Shown here in pieces: positions 25,019 through 36,671 of a DNA stretch of 64,000 bases. This DNA is from Phyllobates terribilis (Eukaryota), in NCBI RefSeq assembly GCF_046119375.1, contig NW_027362765.1:180544001-180608000 (forward strand), written 5' to 3'. Below the pieces are notes generated by a model. That model was not told the origin of the DNA and did not search any database. It saw only the letters and a program-made list of their open reading frames with translations. Positions within the stretch are counted from its first letter, which is position 1, and every line of letters starts with the position of its first letter. Made by a program: the position numbers and the translations under genes.

Positions 25019-25986
25019 TTTTTTTTCTGATTTTGTGAAATGCTAACTTGAGCTCAGGATTTAACATCTTGAATGTATGGCTTCTAGCGCTGTCATCTGA
25101 TGTCCTTGCACCCGACTCTTCTCACAAACACAAAGGGTCCAATTCATCAAGACCGATGTTGCTCACGTTGGTCTTGATGAGGAGAGGTGCTTGGAGTCAG
25201 AGGCTCCTAATTCATAAAGAGGTGAACCCCTCTTCATGAATCAGGAGTGTCAGAAAAGTCCTCTCCTAGTCCAGCCCCTGCTGTAGTAAGATATGGGGCG
25301 TAGATATGAGTAACAGCATTCACCAAGCCCCGTCCCGGCTCTACCCACTTTGCCAGAGCTGGGCAAAAATGGCGTGAGAATAGGAGGAGAAAAAAAAAAA
25401 AAAAAAAAATCACCAAATTTTAGTTCAGATTTGAGTTACACAAAAATATGAAACATTTCAGAGCTTTTTACAACAGAATTCTGGCATAAAAGCTTTGATG
25501 AATCAGGCACAACAATTTTAATATAATACACGCCGTGAACTCCTGTAATCAGCAACAATGCTCCCAGAATATAGAGGCTAGCTGTTCCACCGTTAATCCT
25601 GACGGCTGAGTCTAGACTGCTATTACATATATAATGCCCGTTAGCATGCAGTCTAATTTATCACAATGCTACACTGCAAGGAAAGAGTACGTCGCCTCGA
25701 TTGATCAGTCACTAAGCTCCAGAGAAATTATGCAATGTTGTACGTGGACTGGCACAGCCCTGCAAATAAGAAAACGGTACAAGACAAGAAACCACACATG
25801 AACTTGAGAGCATGGGCTGCTACTGTGTGACTGAAGATGAGCTGCAATACCAGTCTGTGCCCATAGAGGAACGGGCACAGCACGGTCTGTGGGTGCATAC
25901 AATAGTAGTCACTGAGACATAGATTATAGCCCTGATAGCAAACAGTCTCTGTGTGTAAGATGTCCTGCAAAGCCCCCAGCCCCCTA

Positions 25987-26212
25987 CAGACTATACACAA
26001 CACACACAATGCACGGGCTGCAGACACACACAATGCACGGGCTGCAGACACACAATGCACGGGCTGCAGACACACAACACACACAATGCATGGGCTGCAG
26101 ACACACAACACACACAATGCACGGGCTGCAGACACACAACACACACAATGCACGGGCTGCAGACACACAACACACACAATGCACGGGCTGCAGACAGAGA
26201 CAGACACACAGA

Positions 26213-26264
<52 letters not shown>
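25987..26264. repeat. CA-rich ~33-bp tandem repeat plus (CA)25 (26215-26264)
   Basis: acacacaacacacacaatgcacgggctgcag units, then pure CA. Confidence 0.95.
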
Positions 26265-26265
<1 letters not shown>

Positions 26266-26307
26266 CGGGCTGAGTACAGGCAGCTGCTCCCTGCCGCCAT
26301 TATTTAC

Positions 26308-26541
26308 CTTACACGCCGAGAACACCCCGAGCTTCTCCAGCTTCTTGGCCCGGGGAAGGGCCCTGACCTGAGCTTTCCTCTGACTGGCTCTCTGCTGCTG
26401 GCTCAGGCCGGGCCTGGCCGGGTCACTGCTCCCGGCGCTGCTTCCCGCTGCTGCAGCCACTGCAGATGTCCCGCTCTGTCCGGTTACTGCAGGAGGCTGC
26501 ACACTGCTCCGGGACTGCGAGGCCTGCACCAGCTCCGCCAT
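26308..26541 (-). CDS. kat2a: KAT2A/GCN5 coding exon 1 (78 aa)
   Basis: MAELVQ...DPARPGLSQQQRASQRKAQVRALPRAKKLEKLGVFSACK matches the vertebrate KAT2A N-terminus; donor AAG|gtaaat at 26307. Confidence 0.95.
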
Positions 26542-27000
26542 AGCAACGATGTGCACCGCGTGCTGGAGCAATAAAGTTCTGCTGTTCAAAGCGGCCGCTA
26601 GGAGTGTTCTGAGCATGCAAGGCATGCCGGGAGTTGTAGGCTTTGTTTACCGTTCTAGTGCAGCTACAGGAGCTCTAAACCCTGCATTCACACTTTTGGG
26701 ATTTCCTATCCGTTTTTTTAGCTATTTTAAGGCCCTATGTTTCTTTTGTAAGCACTTTTTATGCTGTAGAGTAAGGTTTCAGCTTGTAGCCATTGCTACA
26801 TGCAGGATTTTGATACGAGGCCTAGTCAATGTTGCGTTTGTGCCATTTTGGCGAGCTTTACCGGATAACGTCTGTGTTTATCTTACACCACACTCATCTT
26901 TTCATTTGTGCGTTTTCTTTTTCTTCTAGGATATTAGTATAATTAATGTACTTTGAGAGTTCCAATTTTCTCCTGTCTTTCTCCTGTCGTAGGACCTATT

Positions 27001-27350
27001 AGGGACAGATAGGGAGAGCCGACGTCGAGCAAGGGCGCCATTGCGCAGGTTAAGGGTGCCAACCTCCGCAGTTAGGTAGGGTGATAAGATAAGGGTGTTT
27101 TAGAATTTTTTCTATCTATTGAGATGTATGAACCAGTTTGGTGTCATACACTTTAGTGATAGTTATATTTATACACATCAAACGTCCATATTGAAGAACT
27201 AGGTCTCCAATCCCCTTATATATATCTCTGCACTTTATCCACCTTTCCTGCAGGGCCCAAAAGGGTCAGCAGGGACAGTCGACGGCGAGCGGGGGCGCCA
27301 TTGCCGCAGGATAAGGGTGCCAACCTCCACTGTCAGGCAGGGAGACAATA
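27001..27350. repeat. Pair of ~75-bp imperfect direct repeats upstream of kat2a
   Basis: gggcgccattgc(c)gcagg(t/a)taagggtgccaacctcc at ~27033-27068 and ~27294-27328. Confidence 0.75.
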
Positions 27351-28398
27351 GGATAATTGTAGGGCAATATACCTGCGTATAAGGTGTATATTGGATGGAC
27401 TATTTGGGCCGTGTGTCTTATTATTTTTTCTTTTTACCTATTACTTTTTAATTGATGGAATAAAAGTGATCATCAATAACATTTAGATCATAAATGACAT
27501 TTAGAAGTCATCATTTTGCACAAATGGACTCCAGTCGCCCCATGAAGTGATTTTATGGTCTCGATTTTATTTCACTTTTTTTTCGTCTTGAGGTATTCAT
27601 TGCTGTTTTTTTTTTGCTCCAGATTCTTCTAAATGGTTCAGGCGGTTTATGGATTTTGTGCAAAGTGAAAAATGATCTTCATTTTTATGTTTGATATTTT
27701 GTGTAGCTTTTACGTGGAAAAAGAAGCAAGTTTCATAAAATGGCACCAAAATAACTGGCGTACATAAGATAGCTCCAGGGGATGAAAGTACATTTTTTGA
27801 CAAATTTTGTGACTTTTCCATGACCAATAAATTAATTAGACGAAAACATCTGGGAGCCCTAACCCATGCGCTAAGTGGAGGACCAAAAAAAACACAGAGG
27901 AACACACATAAAGTAGACTTTAAAAAAGGCTCAAATTAAAAAAAAGAATAAGGTGCAAATAAAAAATTGGAGCCAAAAGTTAGAGGAAAAAAAGGTGCAA
28001 ATGCAAAAATGCACCTTGCCTTATGAGTTTTGATTTTGCGCAAAATTTATGAACCACATGCTCCATTTGGAGGAATTTCGTGCAAAATACCCCCAGCAGC
28101 AAATACCGCAAGATTAAAAAAGAAAAGTGACTTAAAGCATAAATCATTACCATACTTTACAGTGGTTGTCCACTACTTTTACAGACACTTCTCAGGCCCT
28201 ATGTTTCCCCCTTGTAAAATAATCACACCTATACTCACCGCCGGTGCAGTTACAACAGTGTCGGCACCGACTCTCCCAGGGATCCCATGACATTGTTGGC
28301 TTCACTCCTTCGGAAGTCTCATAGACGCTGAATAGGGCATATCTTCATATCTTGGGAATAACCCTTTAACTGATGGCATAGCGATACGTTATTCTTAA

Positions 28399-28896
28399 AG
28401 AAGTTGTCCAGTACTTTATATTACCCCCCCAATGTATCCCCCCTGGGCAACTAAGGATTTTTGTAAATAGCTTACGTTGCTGTTTCTGCCTGTGAGCGGC
28501 GCTATCCTTGGCCGCTCACAGGCGTCACGTGACCCCGCACTGACGTCACTACAAGTGAGGCGTGACTCAGTGCTGGGGTCCCCGCCCGCTTTCCCAATGA
28601 ATGGGGAGAGGCAGAGCGCGGGGTGGATGCCGGGTGTGACGCAGGGGGTAACCCCGCCCACAGCCTGGCATCCACCGTGGAACGCAGAAGACAGAGACCC
28701 CCGGCTGCAGCCTGGTCTTGTCGTGACGTCAGTGGATGTCAGAGCCGGCTGCAGCCGGGGGTCACGTGATGTCTGGGAGTGGCCAGTGATAGCGCCGCTC
28801 ACAGGCAGTATCTGCAACGTAAGGTAATTACAAAAATCCTTAGGGGTCCCGGGGGGATACATTGGGGGGGGTAATATAAAGTACTGAACAACCCCT
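28399..28896. mobile_element. Kolobok/T2-type MITE with long near-perfect inverted arms
   Basis: TTAA TSD, ends agaagttgtcc / gaacaacccct, arms pair over more than 100 bp. Confidence 0.82.
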
Positions 28897-30230
28897 TTAA
28901 TAAGATGCAATTAACCCTTATATTTCCATGTGGTAGTCCTGCTTTCAGGTTCTTCAACAGACTACAACTGTTCATTGGGGGGGGGGGGGGGATTCAGCAG
29001 CTGAACACCATATGATAAGTTTATTTTTACAGGGGACCTGTCTCTTGCATAAAGTAGATAATTCCCATAAAGCCAGGTTCACACGTCATCCAGAAAACTC
29101 GGACAATTTTTTTCTCACTTCTTAACCGTATACAATCCATTTTTTTTACAGCAGCTATTAATCATCTATATGACCATTTACAGTTTCCTATGTTACAGAA
29201 TTGCTATGTATCTGTAAAAACGGATGTTATATATATAGAATCCATTTTATTTTTGCATACCCATAAACTTGAATGGTTGAGTGCCATCCAGTTTACCGAA
29301 GAAACTAATGAACGCTGCAATGTTTTTCACATGCAGATTCGGTAAGTGAAAAAAAATCGCTCCTCTGCACTGTCCGACTGTATAACATTGGTCCGAGGGC
29401 GGTCCATGTGTGTTCCATATTTTTACGGACAGCACTAGGACCTAAAATACGGTCGTGTAGATGATCCCTAATAATGAAGAGTACACATGGCCTGCCACCT
29501 CTGCACTGGGTCTTTGGGGTGGTGGGAGGGGGAAGCCCCTTTGTCATAAACTAAGATCGATTAGAATTCAGACATTTGTGGCACATCCTATAGACATGGT
29601 ATAAATGTCTGCGGTGTGAAAACTAGAAGAGAGCCATATTAGTATTTTATTATTATACTGTGTTCACATGTCCATTCGGACAATCTATTTGTCGGTTACG
29701 TTTTAGAAACAGACTAAATGATCTGTTGCCTCAGTTATGTAAATGGATGCAGCAGGGCCTCATACATTATTATGGGGTATTTTTGGTTTCAGGTTTTTTT
29801 TTTAGAATGGAAGAAAAAGTCTGGCATGCATGCAAGTCCCCTCTGCTTCTGTTTGCATAAATGATGCCTCAGATCACTTTTTCCGTTTGTCTGTTCCTAT
29901 ATCGGAACAGACAGATGGAATGTTGAAATGGATGTGAACAGAACCACAGCTCGCCCTTCCTCTGTCATATGCCCCTGAGAGAAACCTTCCATCCCTCTCC
30001 CTGAGTAGAGAGGTATGTATGATAAAGAGATAGCAGTTGAATTGATGGTCGTCATATTTAATGGACGGGATATTTCGTGCTCTGTCCTCCAAACGCTATC
30101 TTTTTCTAAAATCACAAAAAAAAACTTTTTAAAAACAAACATTTTTATTGTTTAAGATACATACCCATTTATTTCAATTATATGACAATGTAATATATCA
30201 GCAATGCAGACCCAAGTATACAAGTTGTAG

Positions 30231-30898
30231 TTAGGCTCTAGAGTCTTTGCTACTGCCGGAGACCCAAGGATTGGCCTGCAGTGCCGAATGCTGTATTGGC
30301 ACAGTCCTTTCCTGAGAATGGGTCTGGGAAACTTCTATCTGCAGTTGGCCCCCATTGGTCACTGTACAGCTCAGGTCTTCTGCTCGCACATCTTGGGGAA
30401 GATCCACCTCCTTCCTGAAGATCTGACATTTGTAGGAAAAGGAACCTTTCCCATCTTCACTCTTACATTTCTTGGCTCCGCTTACTAGCAGTTTCTTGCC
30501 TACTAGTTTGACTGTCAACTCTTCGGGAGGAAAATCTTGGACTCCTAGGGAAACCACAAAACCAGCCTCAGCTGACTTCTTATCGCTGATGGTTAGAACT
30601 GCCTCAGCTTTGTTCTCCGTAGACTGTGCATTGAGGGTGGTCAGTGGAGTCTCAGCCTTGTGTTTGATGGACTTTGCATCACTGGAGGTCATCACAGCTA
30701 GATTCTTGCACTCAGCGGTTTCCTGAAGCAGCTGCTGGTGAAACTGGTCCATCAGCTTCATGCTGGCTTTTATTTCTCCAAGAATATCATGTTTTGCTCA
30801 AGGCTAGAGAAGATGTCTATGGACAATGGCCAGAGAGGTCGAAGAAAAGGCCTTAAAGGGCTTGGGGTGGACTTCTTAGCTAGCTGAAGGCTCAACAT
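30231..30898 (-). pseudogene. hsp30: HSP30-like paralog with a frameshift after codon 37; downstream 176-aa ORF 30761-30231 is intact
   Basis: ATG 30898 reads MLSLQ...RPLWPLSIDIFSSLEQNM, homologous to QPLWPASSDLFTKMEEDM of the plus copy, then stops at 30770. Only 26 nt separate the two Met codons versus 30 in the intact copy. Alpha-crystallin domain and VPI motif are in the shifted frame. Confidence 0.8.
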
Positions 30899-30974
30899 AA
30901 TGTTCCTTGGTTCTTCTTAGCAGAGGAGATTCTAGTCCTGCTGTCTGCTCTGGAGGGGTTATACATGGGACTAG

Positions 30975-31095
30975 TTTTATACTGGACTCCATTACATCAA
31001 GATTATTCTTACATTCCTAGGTCCTGGTCTTCATGTCCCATTATTAGTAAACGGGACTTTACACAACAACATGATGACTCAGACGTGAAGTTTCC
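30975..31095 (-). promoter_or_regulatory. Promoter of minus-strand hsp30: TATAAAA (30981-30975), TGAGTCA (31081-31075), two-unit HSE GAAacTTC (~31087-31094)
   Basis: Motifs read directly; TATA is about 75 bp upstream of the ATG in both paralogs. Confidence 0.65.
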
Positions 31096-32112
31096 AGTCA
31101 CCAGTCACACTAAACATGGCTGATTGCCAGCGTCTGAGCTCAAAATATCACAGCGACTTCACACAGCAACCACATTCATTGTCAACATGAAGCTTCTATG
31201 AAACCAAAGCCAAACAGGTTTTACAGTAAAAGAGCAAATATGTCATTATGTATGGCTTTTCTTTTGTGGTGGGGCAATTAAAGGGAACCTGTCAGGCGAT
31301 CCATGCTTCCCAACCTGCGACCAGCATGAATCGCAGCCAAGAATATAATTCCGGCGTTTCAGTGAAAATATACTTTGAGAAGATCCGGCTGGGGGAACAT
31401 AGTCAGAAAGTAGGGAAGCGGAGAAAAAGCCTTTTCTTTTCTCCTTCTTGCACACCGCGTAGTGGCATTTATTCACAGCGATCCCAGACGGTCTTCGTTT
31501 TTTAAACACTTTCCTTTAGTGTTTTAGGGCTAATACAAGCATTATTAAAAAGGCTGAAAAAGCACTCCTAATGTCTTCTAATGGTAAATCCTGATGACGA
31601 GTTCCAGATAAATCAGTGCAGAAAAATTAAGGTATACGGTTTTATAGTACCCATCGGAGAGCAAATTTTATGATGTATGTTTTATTTTTCCAGAAAGTTC
31701 AGTAATTGGGTTAAAAGCTGGGGGTGCTCACTGGAAAGGTTAAGATTATCCTCCTGCTCACTAGAACTATAATCAGCCTGTGTGAGCTGCTTCTACATTA
31801 GTCACTGCAGTTAAACATAGGCTTTACACACTCTAATGAGTGACACATCGTTCTTTTATCTCCACTGGTTCTGAGCAATCTGTCACAACTCGGTGAGGTG
31901 CAAATTACAGGGGGGGGATGATCACCGCCCCCTTTATTACTTCTTTAAGATAAGTCCAGATCATTCTTTGAAAGTGAATTATCCTGGATGTTAATGCATT
32001 GTATTGTCTATGAGGATGTCAAATGGAAAAAATTCAGGAACCAGAAACCAGAACTCTTTAAAGGGAACCTGTCATCAGTAGATGTCATTTTTAAGTAAGA
32101 GCATCTCTTAGA

Positions 32113-33720
32113 GCAGGGGTGCACAACATTTTTTGGTCCAAGGGCCGCAATGCCATACTGAACCAATCCCAAGGGCTGCAAAAAATGTAACGGGTACTTA
32201 TATGAATTCGTCAACAGAACCAAGTTTTAAGTATCTGGAGAGATTCTGCTCCAAAAAATAAGTGTGAACATATGCTAACTCTTGCCAAATCCTCCTCATA
32301 ATCTTTAATGTGTAAGTTTTGAGTTTTTTTAAAGTTTAACATAGCCATGAAGCACATTTTGGATTGCTGCATGCGTACAACATCAGAATCACCGTCAGCA
32401 CATGAATGCAGCGCCAGAACCACTGTCAGTACATGAATGCAGTGCCAGAACCACAGTCAGTACATAAATGCAGCACTCCAGATGCGTCAGTACATGAATA
32501 CAGCGTCAGAACCACCATCAGTACATGAATGCAGCGTTCGAACCACCATCAGTACATGAATGCAGCATCAGAACCACCGTCAGTACATGAATTCAGCGCC
32601 AGAACCACCATCAGTACATGAATAAATAACCAAGTTTAGTACAGCGATCAATTGCAATGTTAGGTCTGCCCCATGTAAAATTGTATCGCATGAACCTACA
32701 ACTCCCATTATGTCTTTAACAATGGTAAGGAGATACTGGGAGTTGCTGCAAACAGTGATCATCAGACTGTGAACCACACAGGAACCACAGCACTGATGAG
32801 TCGTCATCAGGATCACAAATAAGCATTTACCTCCAGGTACCTTATATATGACATTTTGAAGTCGTTCCCATCCCTTTTGTCTCCATGTAGTACAGACGCA
32901 ATGATGAGATTTCATGACCAGCGTTCGTCTTTCCAGACTTCCCTCTTCTCCGGTTTTCTACAGCACTTCCCAACATGGTGCAGTTAAAAATAAAAATATC
33001 ATTATACTGCCACATAAATAACAAATATCTCCCTTGCTTCACCCAGTATAAATAATTGCCCCTCACTCTGTTTCCTGCACAAAATATCCCCCTTACACTG
33101 TCCCTCTCCATAGTATTCCCCCCACACCACCCTCTGCCAAATATCCCTGCACACTGCCCCCTCTGCAAAATATCCCCCCAAACTGCCCCTCTGCAAAATA
33201 TCCCCCCATACTGCCGTTCTGCAAAATATCCCCCCCCCACACTACCCCTCACTGTGCTTCGTGCACAAAATATCCCCCTCACACTGCCCCTTTCCATAGT
33301 ATCCCCCCACACAGCCCCTCTGCAAAATATCCCCAGCATACTGCCCCCTCTGAAAAATATCCCCCCAAACTGCCCCTCTGAAAAATATCCTCTGCACACT
33401 TTCCTCTCTTCAAAATATCCCTTGCACACTACCCTTCTGCAAAATATCCCCCCCACACTGCCCCTCTGAAAAATATCCACTCACACACTGCCCTCTCCTC
33501 AAAATATCCCCTCTTCACCGTCTCCAAAATATCCCCAGCACACTTACCCCTTTACGAAATACCCACCTCCTATTCCCACTAACCCTCTCAAAAATACCCA
33601 TCTCCCACACACACACTGCCCCTCTGCAAAATATACCCCTCACTACCCCTCTGAATCACATACCCCCGCCTCTAGCAAAACTGTGCCCTCTTTCACAATT
33701 GTCCCTTCCTTAAGTGCCCT
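32113..33720. repeat. hAT-like remnant with 31-bp tandem repeats (~32385-32620) and a degenerate ~30-bp C-rich array (33056-33640)
   Basis: caggggtgcacaac left end; cagtacatgaatgcagcgccagaaccac units; cactgcccctctgcaaaatatcccc units. Confidence 0.7.
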
Positions 33721-35945
33721 CACAGTAACATTAACCCTCACGCTGCCCTCACCCCCTCATCCATGAAAATTTGTACTTAATCATCGTCTCCTTGATGGAG
33801 CGCTTACTGTTGCCTGTTACTGTCTTACTGTTGTTACTGTTACGCTTTGGTGCTGAGGTCACAGCGTGCTGACCTCACCACACCACTGCACATCGGGCCT
33901 TTGCTGACGAACACTGCTCTGCCCCATTTGTCTGAAAGACGCAAGTACATTTGAATATAAGAAGAAGGGAGCGGCATATTCCAGACGGCTCCTTGGGCCG
34001 CAGCAAACTTTTGGCAAGCCACATGCCTGCCTACCATGGTGTGCAGGCCTGTCTTAGAGTTTCTGCTCTGAAAACACAGAGGTGGGTATCTACACCAACA
34101 GGTTTTTTTTACATAGATTGTGGAATGATTTTTGCCACATAAAATAACACTACAATAAAATAACAACTTTTAAAATAAGTTTCTATTGTTTAAGGTGATT
34201 TCACTCAGTTTTTTGCTGAGTTTTTGGAGCAGAAAATCTTCAAAAATCACTTCTAAAAGACACTGTGTTCACATACCCTTAGAGAGTTTCTTCAACAAAA
34301 ACTCAACAAAAAGACCTCAATGTGAACACACCTCAGGGCCTGTTTTTCCTATGCTTAAAAATAACAGTTTTTCAAGCAGAGGAGGCTTCAATATAAATCT
34401 TCTTTTCCCTGACTCTTGGTAATCATGAAGCATCTTTTGCTAGGATTTTTTTTATTGTTTCATTGAGTGTTTATTTTTAACACCGACATTTTTTGCACTT
34501 TTTTTATTCCAATTCCAGAGTTTTTTGATCTCCATGATGAGATCAAGAAAATGCTAGCAAAAGAACATCTTAGCGTCTTCCGGGCATCTTTTTAGCCTTC
34601 CCATTGTTTTGTATTGTAAGTGGAAAATACCTGAAGAATTGTATGTTACTTCTTTTAATTGCTTGGTGTCTTATGAAAGCCTGAGCATTTGGCTATCAGT
34701 ATTCTGTCAGTATTTTTTCTCAGGAGTGGGTGATAAATGCAGAATTGGTGACTTGTTTCTATTATACCTTTTCTCTGATTGTTCCTCACCTGGTTTTGGC
34801 TCCCACTCTTGAGAAAAATACTGACCAAATACTGATAGTGGGGCCGTGGCCTTTAAAAGAGGCTCAGAAGACTGAACATATTACACAACTAGAACAGTAC
34901 GTTCACAGATAGAATACATACGTGCAAAATGGACGTTTGAATGAGGCCTTCATTTTTTTCAATGGGATTTTAAAAATGTTCCAGAAAAAAAAATGTCTGC
35001 CAAAAAAAATGTATAAGGAAAAAAAAACTTTAAAAAAAATACATGGATTTCTGACATTGATTTCAATTGAAAATCACATTGCATTTTTCCTCTCCAAACA
35101 AAAGATACTGTGTGCACACACCCTTAGGCCACGGCCCCACTATCAGTATTTGGTCAGTATTCGGTCAGTATTTTTTCTCAGGAGTGGGAGCCAAAACCAG
35201 GTGAGGAACAATCACTTGAAAAAAACAGATGGTTTTAGCTGCCTTAAAAAGGCACCATGCGCACACATCCCGGGCGTATGTGCACAGATTTTTTTAGGAG
35301 ATTTTTTGGACCAAATCCTTTTCAAAATTGTTCTCCTAACTTCGAAACCTCTTCCTATTCATTTCTATGGAAAATCCAGTTTGCTGTGGGGTTTTTTTCC
35401 TGAAGAGGTGTTGAAAATTTCCTGGTGGAACAATGAAAGGACATGTCACCTGCATCGGGTTATACTGTTGCGGGTACCATTACCAGAAAGAAAAAAAAAT
35501 AGTGGGCACAGCAAAAGCACAATAGGAAAATGGGGGGGCTATTGAACCTTGCAAAAGCAATGTGTGTAAAAGGAAAAGGGAGGGAAAGCTGCATGGAATA
35601 AATAGTGCACACGTGTTATTGAAGTAATGTATATTTATTGTAATTGAATAACACTACAGCAAAGACAAACACTTAAAAGCAACGCAAAAAATGACCCCAA
35701 TATCAGGAATCATTACCCCTGACAAAGCTAAGATGCGGTAGCCATACGCAGGGGGACTTGCAACACCGTTTCTTCCTATTATTGCCAATAAAGGTGCATG
35801 GAAGCCACATATTTCACATTTTGCATGTCAAAGTAAAATTCGGACCTATATCTGAAGCTTAACATGAATTACTACAGGTCTCAGATCCGACGTTTTTCAA
35901 CATTTCTTCAAGAAAAAAAAATCCAGGTTTTCAAACATTTTTTAA

Positions 35946-36225
35946 AGGGAGTCTGTCAGCACAGAATGACTGTTCAAACCAAGTAGAGGCGCTAAGTGCA
36001 TCACGGCGGGGCCAATCATTTATAAACATCTTCCAACCTGCTTGTTTGCCATCTATCTCTGTCCTTCTCTGGCTCTATGAAGCCAGAGCTGTCAATCACA
36101 GATGAGGGGGTGGTGATAATAGAAACCAAGCAGATGGGAGGGTGTATATAAATGTTTGGCCCCACTGTGAAACACCAAATGGTGGGAATTAGTTTGAACA
36201 GTCATTCTGTGCTGACAGAGTCCCT
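35946..36225. mobile_element. Kolobok/T2-type MITE; a second one starts at the same TTAA (36230)
   Basis: TIR agggagtctgtcagcacagaatgactgttcaaac and its near-exact reverse complement; TTAA TSD. Confidence 0.85.
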
Positions 36226-36671
36226 TTAAAGCACAACTCCAGCGTTTTTTGTTACTGCAGTTTTGGAGTGGTGTTTCTAATCCAATTCCCTGACCCCTTA
36301 GTCTTATATTTACCTGCTGCCGACTTCACCTTCTATGGCCACCGCTCCCATCGGTCTCCAGCAGTGTTTGCTGGAGCGAGCCAGAGGTCACTTTTCAATG
36401 CAAGTCTATGAGAGGCTTGTTATGACTCTCCTAGACTTGCACTAAGAGCTTGTGACCATTACTTCTGACTTCTGGTCAGTCAGAAGTTGCGGTCACAAGA
36501 TGGTGGTGCGGAATCAGAGTGGCGCCGATTAAAGGTGAAGATGGCAGCTGGTAAGTATAAGATAGATATAGATTAGAAGCACCACTACAGCGCTGCTGAA
36601 AAAAAAAACGCTGAAGTTTTTCAAGGATTTTGAAGTGGATTTGCATAACATGGCCTTAGGGTGTGTTCATA

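Noticed and set aside
22008-25038. Long ORFs of 248-351 aa on both strands
   Set aside because: They are translations of 31/32-bp and 45-bp tandem repeats that lack stops in some frames; intronic, no domain.
1281-26541. Assignment to KAT2B (PCAF)
   Set aside because: QQQRASQRKAQVR, LETPSQFRQRS and HVFGRSLLRSIFTVTRRQLLEK, plus the adjacent HSPB9-like gene, fit KAT2A.
25728-26574. Cys/Val- and His/Thr-rich ORFs
   Set aside because: Products of the CA/TG repeats; only 26308-26541 is real coding sequence.
32842-33480. 212-aa Gly-rich ORF
   Set aside because: Reverse translation of a degenerate C-rich tandem repeat.
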